A stretch of 64,000 nt of DNA, from assembly GCA_026416665.1 (NCBI GenBank), contig JAOAET010000055.1, positions 2,490 through 66,489 of the forward strand. Reading direction: 5' to 3'. Numbering within the stretch: the first letter of the stretch is position 1; each line of letters begins with the position of its first letter. Position numbers and translations under genes: made by a program. This stretch comes from Candidatus Omnitrophota bacterium. GTDB taxonomy: Bacteria; Omnitrophota; Gorgyraeia; Gygaellales; Profunditerraquicolaceae. The notes beneath the pieces were generated by a model. The model was not told where the DNA came from. It worked only from the letters and a program-made list of their open reading frames with translations, and did not search any database. Below, one piece after another: positions 10,246 to 20,938 of this stretch.

Positions 10246-11803
10246 TATCCTTAAGCAGTTTATATTCAAAAGAGTCTGAAAGCGCTTGCCAGGAGGCCTC
10301 AATAATATTTTCTGATACGCCTATTGTATTCCAACTATCTTTTTCATCTTGTGACTGTATAAGCACACGCACTCTGGCGGCGGTTCCTTCCTTTTCATCA
10401 AGGACTCTCACTTTAAAATCAGATAGGTGCATCTCGGCTAATTTAGGATAAAAATTCATTAGAGCTTTTCTTAAGGCATTATCTAATGCGTTTACAGGGC
10501 CATCACCGTCTGCTGCGGTATGCTCAAGTTTACCTTTCACACGTAACTTAATAATTGCCTCAGTAGTTGCTTTTTTATTTGTTTCTTTATTTACCACTAC
10601 TCTGAAGCTTTCAAGTTTAAACATCTGATGAACCTTACTTAAGGCTTTTTTAAGAATCAATTCAAAGGATGCCTCTGCAGCTTCAAAGTGATAACCTTTC
10701 ATCTCTAGTTTCTGAAGTAGATTATGGAGTTTCTTTGTCTTAGGATCATCTTTAGTAAGATCAAGATTTAGCTCTTTGGCTAGAATGATAATACTGGATT
10801 TACCACCGAGTTCAGAGATAAGAATTCGACGCTTATTTCCCACTGCCTCAGGTGGAATATGTTCGTAGGAACGGCTATCTTTCATTACTGCATTTATATG
10901 AACCCCACCTTTATGGGCAAAGGCAGAATCGCCTACATAGGGTTGGTTATTAGCATGACGCATATTACTTACTTCGCTGACAAAATGGGAAACTTCTGTT
11001 GCCTTGGCAAGTTGTTCGTCACTGATACAATTAATACCTAATTTTAATTTCAAATTGGAGATTATAGGAATAAGGTCAGCATTTCCACAGCGTTCTCCAT
11101 AGCCATTGATTGTACCTTGACACATAGAACAACCTGCTTGAATTGCTGCTAGTGAGTTGGCTACAGCTACCCCTGCGTCATTGTGACAATGTATGCCAAG
11201 AGGTATTGTTATATTTTTCTTTACTTGTTTTATTGCTTCACTAATTTGGTCCGGTAAAGTGCCACCATTTGTGTCACAAAGTACCAGATAAGATGCCCCA
11301 GCTTGTTGTGCAGTTTTCAAACACTTAAGGGTATATTCAGGATTATCCTTATAGGCATCAAAAAAATGTTCAGCATCATAGAAAACTTTCAATCCTTTTT
11401 TTACTAAAAAAGAAATGCTGTCAGCAATCATCTCAAGATTTTCTTCAGGACTGACTTTTAAAACATTTTTAATATGTAAAAGCCAGGTTTTACCAAAGAT
11501 AGTTGCAAATTTTACTTTTGAATTGATAATATCATTTAAGTTTTTATCCCTGGCAGCTCTTATACCAGAACGGCGAGTTGAACCAAAAGCCACAATATGA
11601 CAGTTACCCAAAGATTTCTTGGCCATTATTTCAAAAAACTGGGCATCTTTAGGATTAGAACCAGGCCAGCCTCCCTCAATATAGTGAATACCAAATTCAG
11701 CTAGTTTTTCTGCAATGCGTATTTTGTCGGATAAAGAATAATTTATACCTTCGGCTTGGGAACCGTCTCTAAGAGTTGTATCATAAAGGATAACGTTTTT
11801 CAT
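10217..11803 (-). CDS. cimA: Citramalate synthase
   Basis: DTTLRDGSQAEG, IEGGWPGSNPKD, HCHND, AFAHKGGVH, C-terminal LeuA-type regulatory domain. Confidence 0.93.
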   Translation of the reverse strand: MKNVILYDTTLRDGSQAEGINYSLSDKIRIAEKLAEFGIHYIEGGWPGSNPKDAQFFEIMAKKSLGNCHIVAFGSTRRSGIRAARDKNLNDIINSKVKFATIFGKTWLLHIKNVLKVSPEENLEMIADSISFLVKKGLKVFYDAEHFFDAYKDNPEYTLKCLKTAQQAGASYLVLCDTNGGTLPDQISEAIKQVKKNITIPLGIHCHNDAGVAVANSLAAIQAGCSMCQGTINGYGERCGNADLIPIISNLKLKLGINCISDEQLAKATEVSHFVSEVSNMRHANNQPYVGDSAFAHKGGVHINAVMKDSRSYEHIPPEAVGNKRRILISELGGKSSIIILAKELNLDLTKDDPKTKKLHNLLQKLEMKGYHFEAAEASFELILKKALSKVHQMFKLESFRVVVNKETNKKATTEAIIKLRVKGKLEHTAADGDGPVNALDNALRKALMNFYPKLAEMHLSDFKVRVLDEKEGTAARVRVLIQSQDEKDSWNTIGVSENIIEASWQALSDSFEYKLLKDNEKKKSQPK

Positions 11804-11820
11804 GGTTTTCCTTTTCTGGT

Positions 11821-13035
11821 TTAGCCTAAACCAAAAGCTGCATGCAATGCCCTTACTGCTTCTTCAGCGTATTTTTTCTTGATAATACAGGAGATGCTAA
11901 TATCAGAAGTAGAAATCATTTCAATATTTATCTTATGTTTGGCAAGACACTCAAACATCTTTGCTGCTACCCCAGGATAGGACTTCATGCCGACTCCTAC
12001 AATTGCCACCCGTGCAATATCTTGATCCTCAATAACTTCTCCTGCCTGTATACTTTCAGCGATTTTCTTGCTTACTTTTAGGGCTTTAGTTAAATTTGTC
12101 GAGGCAACAGTAAATGAAATATCGGTTTTTCGTGTACGACTTACATTCTGGACTATCATGTCAACATTAATTCCTGCTTCGGCTAACTCTTTAAATATTT
12201 GGGCAGCAATTCCAGGCTTGTCAGGAACATCACAGACAGTTATTTTTGCTTCATTTTTATTTAATGTGATACCGGTAATAAGTGCTTCTTCCATTCGTGG
12301 TGCCTCCTTTACAATCATTGTTCCAGGTGAATTATTAAATGATGAACGAACATGCAAGGGAACATTATATTTCATTGCAACCTCTATAGAGCGTGCTTGC
12401 ATAACTTGAGCTCCTAGTGAAGCCATCTCTAACATTTCTTCAAAAGTAATCATCTTTATTTTACGTGCACGGGGTTCTATACGCGGGTCCGTAGTATATA
12501 TACCATCAACATCAGTATATATCTCACACTCATCTGCTTTTAGAGCAGTAGCTAAAGCTACTGCAGTTAAATCCGAGCCACCTCGTCCAAGAGTGGTTAT
12601 GTCTTGGTCAACAGTTACTCCTTGAAAACCAGCAACTATGACGATTTTACCTTCTTTTAAGGCTTTTTTTATACGCTCGGTGTTTATTTTAAGTATTCTT
12701 GCCTTTGTATGATTGGCATCAGTAATAATACCTACTTGCATGCCAGTAAAAGAGATTGCTTCACAGTCAATGGCATGCAGAGCCATTGCAAGTAATGCTA
12801 CAGAAATTTGTTCACCTGTGGATACAAGCATATCGTGTTCTCGCTCTGACGGCTCAGGATTAATTTTATGTGCTAATTCAATCAATTCATCGGTTGTATC
12901 TCCCATCGCAGAAACAACCACAACCAGCGAATTGCCTTTTTTATGATAACTCGATATACGTTGGGCGACGTTTTTAATTCTTTCGACATTAGCTACGGAA
13001 GAACCTCCATATTTCTGAACAATAAGTTTTCCCAT
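11821..13035 (-). CDS. lysC: Aspartate kinase
   Basis: [17 protein letters not shown], two ACT domains. Confidence 0.97.
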   Translation of the reverse strand: MGKLIVQKYGGSSVANVERIKNVAQRISSYHKKGNSLVVVVSAMGDTTDELIELAHKINPEPSEREHDMLVSTGEQISVALLAMALHAIDCEAISFTGMQVGIITDANHTKARILKINTERIKKALKEGKIVIVAGFQGVTVDQDITTLGRGGSDLTAVALATALKADECEIYTDVDGIYTTDPRIEPRARKIKMITFEEMLEMASLGAQVMQARSIEVAMKYNVPLHVRSSFNNSPGTMIVKEAPRMEEALITGITLNKNEAKITVCDVPDKPGIAAQIFKELAEAGINVDMIVQNVSRTRKTDISFTVASTNLTKALKVSKKIAESIQAGEVIEDQDIARVAIVGVGMKSYPGVAAKMFECLAKHKINIEMISTSDISISCIIKKKYAEEAVRALHAAFGLG

Positions 13036-13040
13036 TTAGT

Positions 13041-13451
13041 TTATTTACCTCCTTTTCTATGTCTTATATAACTTATGCCAACTCGGTAATTTTCGGAATT
13101 AGGTAATTGGTTACAGTAGACAACCTTACCCCATACACTCGAAGCCTCCTGAAAACTGGTAAAAGGAAACCTTACCAGAAGCTTTATTGTAGTTTTCTTT
13201 ATTTGCTTTGGACTATAAAAAGAAATACCACCTACATTAATATCATTAACGAGAAACTCCGTATCCGAGGCAATATCTTCAGGTTCAACTATCTTGCAAG
13301 TAATTGCTTTCTGGGAAGGAATTTTTATACGTGCCCAGCGTCTTCTGGTTTTCTTTTTTTTATTAAAGGAAGAAGTAACGACATAAATAATAGCAAGAAA
13401 AGACACTGAGATTAAAAAAATAATAACTAAAACAAATACATTATGATTCAT
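13041..13451 (-). CDS. PilZ-domain protein with N-terminal transmembrane anchor (likely start 13451)
   Basis: AGGAGG SD before ATG 13451; hydrophobic N-terminus; RRRWAR and DINVGG (variant of D/NxSxxG). Confidence 0.8.
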   Translation of the reverse strand: MNHNVFVLVIIFLISVSFLAIIYVVTSSFNKKKKTRRRWARIKIPSQKAITCKIVEPEDIASDTEFLVNDINVGGISFYSPKQIKKTTIKLLVRFPFTSFQEASSVWGKVVYCNQLPNSENYRVGISYIRHRKGGK

Positions 13452-14682
13452 CTGTTTGCCTCCTTGACAAAAAATTATTATCAAAATCGTTTTTTATAAA
13501 GTGTTCCATAAGCTGATAACCTCTTTCCAAAAATAAAGTTGATTTCTCAGCTTCTTTTTCACTAAAAGTTTTAAATCCTTTTCCCGTAATACCTTCTCCG
13601 AATATGCAAAACGGAACAGGGTCAGCGGTGTGGGTACGAAGACTTAGTGGTGTAGGATGGTCTGGTAAAATTAACATGCGAAGATTTCCTTTTTGTTTAT
13701 ATCTTTCAAGGCATGCACCTACTATAAATTGGTCAAAGCGCTCAATAGCAGTAATTTTTTCCCGAATGTCTCCGTTGTGTCCAGCTTCGTCTGGTGCTTC
13801 AACATGGACAAAGACAAAATCGTGATTACTAAGGGAGTTTAACGCCGCCTCAGCTTTACCGGCATAATTTGTATCGTAATACCCGGTAGCCCCAGGAACG
13901 GAAATCACTTCCAAACCAACTAATTTACCCATACCTTTGATAAGATCAACTGCAGAAATAACGCTTCCAGTTATGCCAAACTTTTCTTTAAAAAGAGGTA
14001 GATTAGGTTTTTTCCCTTGTCCCCATAGCCAAATCATATTAGCAGGATTTTCACCTAAGTCAATACGAACTTGATTAATTTCATGTTCAGCAAGGATTTT
14101 ACGGGATTCCTGCATTAGGTTGATGACAAGATCGGCATTTTCGCCACGAGGTAAATTTTTATTGATACTTTGATTTACAATATCATGAGGAGCAACACAC
14201 TTTAAGGCATCCAGCTTTTTTTTACTTCCATTACGAAACAAAACAAGATGGCGATAACTTATTCCCGCATAAAAGCGAATTTCTTTATTGCCAAGTTTTT
14301 GGTCTAGCCATTTTATAATATTTTGTGCTTCTTTAGTAGAGATATGTCCTGCACTGTAATCAACAAGTCTATCATCAACAGCGGTGATGAGATTACAGCG
14401 AAAAGCGACATCGTCGTTTTCCAATTCAATACCCATATTTGCAGCTTCTAGAGGACCTCTTCCTGAATAATAAATTTGTGGGTCATAACCAAGAATTGAC
14501 ATATTGGCTACATCTGAGGCAGGTGTCATATTGGGTGGTATGGTTTTTACTTTTCCCAATATTCCAAATTTTGCACAATAATCCATATTAGGTTTTTGGG
14601 CGACTTCTAAAGGGGTTCGACCTTGTAGTTCTACTACAGGATAATCTGCCATTCCATCAGGGATTAATACAATGTACTTCAT
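13441..14682 (-). CDS. apgM: Cofactor-independent phosphoglycerate mutase family protein (ApgM-like; proposed homoserine kinase family)
   Basis: DGMAD, PASDVAN, HVEAPDEAGH, PDHPTP; located in hom-thrC-lysC cluster. Confidence 0.85.
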   Translation of the reverse strand: MKYIVLIPDGMADYPVVELQGRTPLEVAQKPNMDYCAKFGILGKVKTIPPNMTPASDVANMSILGYDPQIYYSGRGPLEAANMGIELENDDVAFRCNLITAVDDRLVDYSAGHISTKEAQNIIKWLDQKLGNKEIRFYAGISYRHLVLFRNGSKKKLDALKCVAPHDIVNQSINKNLPRGENADLVINLMQESRKILAEHEINQVRIDLGENPANMIWLWGQGKKPNLPLFKEKFGITGSVISAVDLIKGMGKLVGLEVISVPGATGYYDTNYAGKAEAALNSLSNHDFVFVHVEAPDEAGHNGDIREKITAIERFDQFIVGACLERYKQKGNLRMLILPDHPTPLSLRTHTADPVPFCIFGEGITGKGFKTFSEKEAEKSTLFLERGYQLMEHFIKNDFDNNFLSRRQTDES

Positions 14683-15330
14683 TTAATTCCTTCCAAAGTA
14701 TTGATTTAAAAGTTTCGTCAACTTTTTTGCCAGTTCTTCGCGCGAGTGTAAAGGTCCAATGGTTTGAGTGCCATCAGTTATAAATGCTAAATAATCAGAA
14801 TCTATAAAAGTATTGGCGACTGCTATATGAGTTTTTGAACGTTTAAGAAAAGCTTTTGTTTTAGTAAGAAGATTGTGTTTGGTGGCATTAGGTTCATATT
14901 TAAAACCTACCAAAAGCATCCCTGGATCCAAGGCACGAACTTCCTCAATTATTTTGGGGGTTGGTTTTAGTTTAATTGACCAGCTTTTTAATTCCGAACT
15001 GACTTTTTTTGTATACATCTTTATTGGTCGGTAATCTGAAACCGAGGCAGAGTGAATCATTACGTCAAAACGCTTTTTTTTCATAAGTTTTTTTAAGATA
15101 TTACGAAGCTCATCAAAGAATGAAAAGCGAATGACTTGTATACCTTTTACTTTTGGTTCTTGTGCGCAAGGACCAAGAATTAAAGTTACTTTAGCGCCGT
15201 GTTTTGCCAATTCTTTTGAGATAAGTACTCCATTTTTTCCTGTAGCAGTATTAGAAATAACCCGTACACTATCCAAAGCTACCCATGTCGGCCCACCAGT
15301 TACTAAAATCTTTTTGTTCTTTAAACTCAT
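14683..15330 (-). CDS. coaB: Phosphopantothenate--cysteine ligase (stand-alone CoaB domain)
   Basis: LVTGGPT...DSVRVISNTATGKNG, HSASVSDY, LVGFKYE; no N-terminal CoaC flavoprotein domain. Confidence 0.85.
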   Translation of the reverse strand: MSLKNKKILVTGGPTWVALDSVRVISNTATGKNGVLISKELAKHGAKVTLILGPCAQEPKVKGIQVIRFSFFDELRNILKKLMKKKRFDVMIHSASVSDYRPIKMYTKKVSSELKSWSIKLKPTPKIIEEVRALDPGMLLVGFKYEPNATKHNLLTKTKAFLKRSKTHIAVANTFIDSDYLAFITDGTQTIGPLHSREELAKKLTKLLNQYFGRN

Positions 15331-15332
15331 CT

Positions 15333-16406
15333 TTAGTATCCTATTTCTTTAAGAATTGCTTTTTTTTCTGCAACTACAACTTTAGGTTTTCCGATTGTTT
15401 GTAAAGCACAATCAGGGTCTTTTAGACCGTGGCCAGTAAGCACACAAACGATAGTAGGACTTTCTTTTTTAGGTTTATTTTTTTTAAAGTATCCCTGTAG
15501 AGAAAGTTTAATAATGCCTGCTACTGATGCACAGGATGCAGGTTCAGCAAAAATTCCGTCTTTACTTGCCAACTGTTGGTAGGCTGAAATGATTTCTTGA
15601 TCACTGACCATCTCTATTAGTCCACCTGACTCATTCCGAGCTTTTTCAGCTTGTTCCCAACTAGCGGGATTACCTATACGAATAGCAGTAGCAATGGTTT
15701 GAGGATTGGCAATAGGATAACCTCTCACAATAGGTGCAGCCCCTTCTGCCTGAAAACCAAGCATCTTAGGTAAAAAATTTATTTTTCCATGCGAAAAATA
15801 CTCTTGATAGCCTTTCCAGTAAGCAGTGATATTTCCGGCATTTCCAACAGGAATTGCATGGAAGTCAGGGGCTTGGTTTAATTCATCACAGATTTCAAAA
15901 CTTCCTGTTTTTTGGCCTTCTATACGATAAGGATTCAAAGAATTTACCAAAGTAATTGGATATTCTGAGGTTATTTCACGAACAAGCTTAAGTGCATCGT
16001 CAAAGTTACCTTCTACTGCTAAGACTTCTGCTCCATGAATCATTGCTTGGCTAAGTTTTCCCAAGGCAATATGACCATTGGGGATAAGTACAAAACAACA
16101 AAGACCAGCTTTAGCAGCATAGGCAGCAGCAGAAGCAGAGGTGTTACCAGTGGAGGCACACATGACTGCTGTGGCTTTTTCTTCAAGGGCTTTAGAAATT
16201 GCTACAGTCATACCCCTATCTTTAAAAGACCCAGTGGGGTTTACGCCTTCAAATTTTAGATATACCCTATATCCATTGCCAATAATTTTGCTTAAGTAAG
16301 ATGAATAAATAAGTGGTGTGTTACCTTCGTTTAAAGTAACAATAGGAGTTTTTTCACTTATTGGCAGAAATTGTTTATATCTGTGAATAATTCCTTGATA
16401 AGACAT
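15333..16406 (-). CDS. thrC: Threonine synthase
   Basis: NPTGSFKDRG PLP lysine, ASTGNTSAS, LTGHGLKD. Confidence 0.96.
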   Translation of the reverse strand: MSYQGIIHRYKQFLPISEKTPIVTLNEGNTPLIYSSYLSKIIGNGYRVYLKFEGVNPTGSFKDRGMTVAISKALEEKATAVMCASTGNTSASAAAYAAKAGLCCFVLIPNGHIALGKLSQAMIHGAEVLAVEGNFDDALKLVREITSEYPITLVNSLNPYRIEGQKTGSFEICDELNQAPDFHAIPVGNAGNITAYWKGYQEYFSHGKINFLPKMLGFQAEGAAPIVRGYPIANPQTIATAIRIGNPASWEQAEKARNESGGLIEMVSDQEIISAYQQLASKDGIFAEPASCASVAGIIKLSLQGYFKKNKPKKESPTIVCVLTGHGLKDPDCALQTIGKPKVVVAEKKAILKEIGY

Positions 16407-16408
16407 AT

Positions 16409-17704
16409 TTAAAGTTCCTCTATTCTTATAGCAACTGATTTTTCCTTTATTACTGGTAATTTGTCAATTTCTACTAATGCCTGACGGAGATGTCTTTCTT
16501 TTGCTTCGTGAATTACCATAACGATAGGCACAGATTTTGCCTTATGACGTTCCTTTTGGGTTACCGAAGCAATACTTATGTTATAACGGGCTAATATACT
16601 GGAAATTTTTGCCAAAACACCAGGTTTATCTAACGCAGTGAATCTTATATAGTAACGGCTTTCAAATTCGTCTGGATTTCTTAATCTTTTGATACTTGAG
16701 TCTACCAGGGTATTTAAGGTTGGCCTAAACATCCCTGCTTTTAAATCCTGAATAACATCGACAATATCAGATACAACTGCAGAAGCAGCAGAGCTTTGAC
16801 CTGCTCCTGGTCCTGAAAATAATAAATCACCCGCAAGATCTGAGCAGACATATATGGCATTATTTACCCCATTTACCGCAGCTAGTGGATGTCTATTATT
16901 AATAAGGGCAGGATGAACTCTTACCTCTAACGAATCTGTTTTTCGTTTAGCTACCGCCAGAAGTTTTATTGCTAAATTTAACTCTTGGGCATATCTAATG
17001 TCTGCTAATGATAAAGAAGAAATTCCCTCCCGCCAGACATCTTTCATATTTACAAATCTTCCAAAAGCAAGGTATGTCAATAGAATCAATTTATGTGCAG
17101 AGTCAACACCTTCAATATCAAGAGTGGGGTCTTTTTCCGCGAAACCACGTTCCTTCGCAAGATGAAGTGCTTCATTAAAAGAACAGTGGCTTTCTGACAT
17201 ACAAGAAAGTACAAAATTAGAAGTTCCATTAACGATGCCAAAAACAGAGTGAAATTTGTTGGCTACCAGTCCTTCTCTTAATGATTTAATAATCGGAATA
17301 CCAGCACCTACTGATGCCTCAAAGTAAATATTCTTATTACAGTCGAGGGCGTGAGTAAACAACTGCTGACCATATTCAGCTAACAAGGCCTTGTTGGCAG
17401 TTACTACGTTTTTACCTTTTTTTAGTGCTTCGAATATGTATTCATAGGCAGGGTGTATTCCCCCAATTAATTCTACAACTATATCTATCTGTGGGTCATT
17501 AATAATGTCATAGGCATTTTTAGTAAAGATTTTCTCAGAGACATGGACATTATGTTTTCTTTTTAAGTTTATATCACATATTCTTTTTATCTGAATGCTA
17601 CTGCCAATCTTTTGTGCTAACATAAAACGGCGTTCATTAAGTATCCGTACCACTCCACTGCCTACATTTCCTAAACCAATAATACCTAGGTTAAACTCTT
17701 TCAT
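16409..17704 (-). CDS. hom: Homoserine dehydrogenase
   Basis: GLGNVG, VVTANK, EASVGAGIP, C-terminal ACT domain. Confidence 0.97.
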   Translation of the reverse strand: MKEFNLGIIGLGNVGSGVVRILNERRFMLAQKIGSSIQIKRICDINLKRKHNVHVSEKIFTKNAYDIINDPQIDIVVELIGGIHPAYEYIFEALKKGKNVVTANKALLAEYGQQLFTHALDCNKNIYFEASVGAGIPIIKSLREGLVANKFHSVFGIVNGTSNFVLSCMSESHCSFNEALHLAKERGFAEKDPTLDIEGVDSAHKLILLTYLAFGRFVNMKDVWREGISSLSLADIRYAQELNLAIKLLAVAKRKTDSLEVRVHPALINNRHPLAAVNGVNNAIYVCSDLAGDLLFSGPGAGQSSAASAVVSDIVDVIQDLKAGMFRPTLNTLVDSSIKRLRNPDEFESRYYIRFTALDKPGVLAKISSILARYNISIASVTQKERHKAKSVPIVMVIHEAKERHLRQALVEIDKLPVIKEKSVAIRIEEL

Positions 17705-17715
17705 ATAACTTCCTC

Positions 17716-18072
17716 TTATTTTTTATTACTATAATATTCTACTGTTCTATTTAATATGGCACGATGATTTTCGTCTATTGCCTGAAACTCTAAGTGAGTA
17801 TCGTAAATAAGGTCCTTGGTGATTTCCACTGAACGCACAACCTTTCCTATTAACATAATAGGATTACGTTCGAAAGGAAGGCGTATCTCTACTGCAAGTA
17901 CTGTTCCATCTTCAAACCTTCTATTTGTTGTAAGTAACATACCTCCTATAGAAAGATTCTTAGTTTGGGTAATATCTATATTATTTGCTTCATCGAGAAT
18001 GCGGTAAGAAACAATAAAACGACCTTTTATTCTGGTATATCTTCTACGTTCAGGGCCTATATATGAGTTCAT
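17716..18072 (-). CDS. PilZ-domain protein
   Basis: ERRRYTR and NLSIGG c-di-GMP motifs. Confidence 0.9.
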   Translation of the reverse strand: MNSYIGPERRRYTRIKGRFIVSYRILDEANNIDITQTKNLSIGGMLLTTNRRFEDGTVLAVEIRLPFERNPIMLIGKVVRSVEITKDLIYDTHLEFQAIDENHRAILNRTVEYYSNKK

Positions 18073-18149
18073 ATACCACTCCTTTCTTTGAACCGTTAAG
18101 AATAATAAGGATTGTAGAGAACAGATATAAATATTTTTTATTTAGCGGT

Positions 18150-18509
18150 CTATTTGTCTTGATAATTTTTGATAACCCAGTTAATATATTCTTTTAAAAT
18201 ATTTTGTGTTTCTTTATTAGTTTCAACAAATTGAATACGGGTTAGAAAAGTATTGTTAGAATCTGTATTTTCTGATGCCACAACTTTACCCTTGACTTCT
18301 GTTAAATCAAAAGGACGAGAAGGTATTTTAATTCGTAATACTATAGTATCAGAAGGATTAAATCTTTTACCTGTTAGAAGTGATACGCCTGTTTCACTTA
18401 TATCACGCACTGTGGAGATGTCCCATTTTGGAAGATTTCCCTCCTCAAAAAAACTATATTGGATAAAAAGAGAAGACTTTATACGGAAAGCTTTTCTTTT
18501 TTCTTCCAT
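18150..18509 (-). CDS. PilZ-domain protein
   Basis: EKRKAFR and DISETG motifs. Confidence 0.88.
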   Translation of the reverse strand: MEEKRKAFRIKSSLFIQYSFFEEGNLPKWDISTVRDISETGVSLLTGKRFNPSDTIVLRIKIPSRPFDLTEVKGKVVASENTDSNNTFLTRIQFVETNKETQNILKEYINWVIKNYQDK

Positions 18510-18539
18510 ATTATTCTCTTAGAAATTCAGTTGTATTTG

Positions 18540-18615
18540 TCGGGGCGAGTGGACTTGAACCACCGACCTCTTGAACCCCATTCAAGCGCTCTAATCCAAA
18601 CTGAGCCACGCCCCG
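18540..18615 (-). tRNA. tRNA-Pro(GGG), CCA not encoded
   Basis: Reverse complement CGGGGCGTGGCTCAG...CTTGAATGGGGTTCAAG...GGTTCAAGTCC...CGCCCCGA folds as a cloverleaf. Confidence 0.95.
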
Positions 18616-18627
18616 AATATTTCTTTG

Positions 18628-19641
18628 TTATTCTTCTTTTTTAGCTCGCAACATTAATTTTCGTACTGCCTTAACAGGGCTGACACCTTTATATAAAATA
18701 TTATATACCTGCTTGGTAATAGGCATCTCAACATTTTTTTGTTTTGCCAAAGAGACCACTGCTTTTACAGTAGGTACACCTTCAGCAACCATCTGCATAT
18801 TTTTCAATATCTGTCTAAGAGTTTTGTTTTGTCCAATTTGTTCACCCACAAATCTATTACGACTGTAGGGGCTAAAACAAGTAGTAATCAGGTCACCTAA
18901 TCCACTTATTCCACTGAAAGTTTCTCTCTTTGCACCTAAACAAACTCCAAGACGCGCAATTTCGACTAGGCCACGACAGACCAAAGCAGCTTTGGCATTA
19001 GTGCCCATACCTAAACCGTCAGCAATACCGCAAGAAATAGCGATTATATTCTTTAAAGCACCGCCTAGCTCTACACCTATTACATCATCCGATGTATACA
19101 CCCTGAAGCGTTCACTCATAAATATATCTTGTAGTAAGAAGCGTAATTTTTTATCTTCTGAAGCAATCACAACAGAGGTAGGTAAATTTTGACTTACTTC
19201 TTTCACAATTGTGGGACCAGATAATACTGCTAACTTAACATTACCCAGTTCTTCTTTTACGACCTCAGACATTCTTTTACAAGAAGCTATTTCTATGCCT
19301 TTAGCGACACTGACAAAAATTTTCTTATGGATTTCTTCTATTGCAACTTCTCTCTTTAGGGTTCTTAAAACTAAGCGCATATACTTAGAGGGGATAGCAA
19401 GTACAACAACCTGTGTTTTTTCTACTGCTTTATTTATATCCGAAGTAATAATTATTTTTTTAGGAATTCTGACACCTGGAAGAAATTTAGGATTTACCCT
19501 ATTTTTGTCAAGAAAAAATGCATAATCTCTAAAAGCACTCCATAAAGTTACTGTAAAACCTTTTTGGTGAAGTAAGATAGCTAAGGTTGTACCCCACCCC
19601 CCATCACCTAAGATACAGATGTTCTGTATTTGGCTAAGCAT
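18628..19641 (-). CDS. gpsA: NAD(P)H-dependent glycerol-3-phosphate dehydrogenase
   Basis: GDGGWGT, SVAKGIE, GGALKNIIAI, GDLITTC..SRN. Confidence 0.96.
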   Translation of the reverse strand: MLSQIQNICILGDGGWGTTLAILLHQKGFTVTLWSAFRDYAFFLDKNRVNPKFLPGVRIPKKIIITSDINKAVEKTQVVVLAIPSKYMRLVLRTLKREVAIEEIHKKIFVSVAKGIEIASCKRMSEVVKEELGNVKLAVLSGPTIVKEVSQNLPTSVVIASEDKKLRFLLQDIFMSERFRVYTSDDVIGVELGGALKNIIAISCGIADGLGMGTNAKAALVCRGLVEIARLGVCLGAKRETFSGISGLGDLITTCFSPYSRNRFVGEQIGQNKTLRQILKNMQMVAEGVPTVKAVVSLAKQKNVEMPITKQVYNILYKGVSPVKAVRKLMLRAKKEE

Positions 19642-20029
19642 CTGGGCCTAAAAGACGAGTTTTCTCAGTTATCTCCTGAGAGTCTTTTTCGCGAATAGTT
19701 AAAAATTTTACACCTATATCAAAACTTGTATCAGAAATTTGTTGAATTCTGACTACTTTGGCTATAATACCATGCTGATAAATTAAGGAATAGCGTTCTA
19801 TTTCCGCACAAAATGTTAATACACTTCTATCAAAGGATAACCATACAATGTCATTGATATTTACGGGTTGTTTAATAGTACAACGTAAACCTTTATTACT
19901 AACATCAACGGTATATCCCTGAAAAAGTTTAAGTAATGTTTCTGGTTTACAGACTTTATAAGATAATGGCGAAGAATAGGGAATACGAACAAATTCTCTA
20001 CGTTCTGGTCCTTCATAATTTTCTGACAT
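19634..20029 (-). CDS. PilZ-domain protein
   Basis: ERREFVR and DVSNKG motifs. Confidence 0.85.
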   Translation of the reverse strand: MSENYEGPERREFVRIPYSSPLSYKVCKPETLLKLFQGYTVDVSNKGLRCTIKQPVNINDIVWLSFDRSVLTFCAEIERYSLIYQHGIIAKVVRIQQISDTSFDIGVKFLTIREKDSQEITEKTRLLGPDA

Positions 20030-20038
20030 ATATCACCT

Positions 20039-20791
20039 TTATGCTATAACTAAATCCTGCTTGTTGGTACGTATTTTTGCTAATTCCCAACTGTAATCAT
20101 AAAGATGTAGCCCTTTACTTACAGCAATAATTTCTCCGTCGCTTACCCCAATTTCTTCTGCCATATACTGTTTCACCAGTTGTAGGCCACCTAAATTAGA
20201 AGGAAAACCACTCCATAAATCCCATGAACGGAAGTATAAAATAAAATGCAGTTTTCCATAGCGAATGCGTGTATCAATAAGTCTTAGACAAGGGGGATCG
20301 TCTAGTTTAAGGTCAGAGGGCATGCCGATTTCCATAGTAGCTTGATTTGTACCAAATCCTTTATTTTTATATATGGCGATTACTTCCTCTATCTGATTAC
20401 AGTCCAAAGGAATCTCTTTTATCATCTCTTTTCCATTTACTCTTTCTTTGATACGAGCTTTAGGAGCTACTAGTCGTTCACCATAGGTGTAGTCTTCTGT
20501 TTCTGTTTTTTGGCCAGTTAACAGATAACTGAGATAACTATTAATGTATTCCATATCTGTAGGTGCGGGGATACACATTCCTTCGGGTATAATTGGTATA
20601 ATTTGATGGGCAGGTTGCCGAACCCGGACTGTTACAAAATCAAATTCAAGTCTTTTTTGTCCTTTATAACTACCTTGTGTAATAGTATAAACATATCCTT
20701 TTTCGAGAATCTGAGATAAGCACTGAAACCAGGCATCATCTAAATCAAAGGCATCAATGAAAACTGGTTCTAAAAATTGTTTTTCTACCAT
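20039..20791 (-). CDS. thyA: Thymidylate synthase (short, archaeal-type ThyA family)
   Basis: YTYGERL, PPCL catalytic Cys, FRSWD, FPSNL, HLY. Confidence 0.8.
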   Translation of the reverse strand: MVEKQFLEPVFIDAFDLDDAWFQCLSQILEKGYVYTITQGSYKGQKRLEFDFVTVRVRQPAHQIIPIIPEGMCIPAPTDMEYINSYLSYLLTGQKTETEDYTYGERLVAPKARIKERVNGKEMIKEIPLDCNQIEEVIAIYKNKGFGTNQATMEIGMPSDLKLDDPPCLRLIDTRIRYGKLHFILYFRSWDLWSGFPSNLGGLQLVKQYMAEEIGVSDGEIIAVSKGLHLYDYSWELAKIRTNKQDLVIA

Positions 20792-20804
20792 ATTTCTTAC
20801 CTAA

Positions 20805-20875
20805 AGCGGGAGACCGGAATCGAACCGGCATATATAGCTTGGAAGGCTATTGTTCTACCATTGAACTACTCCCGC
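20805..20875 (-). tRNA. tRNA-Gly(TCC)
   Basis: GCGGGAGTAGTTCAATGGTAGAAC...CCTTCCAAG...GGTTCGATTCC...CTCCCGCT. Confidence 0.95.
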
Positions 20876-20938
20876 ATAAAAGTTTTACAATTAAGCAAAA
20901 TTTTTACTTTTTCACAACTTTAAATCTATGGTTAAGGA

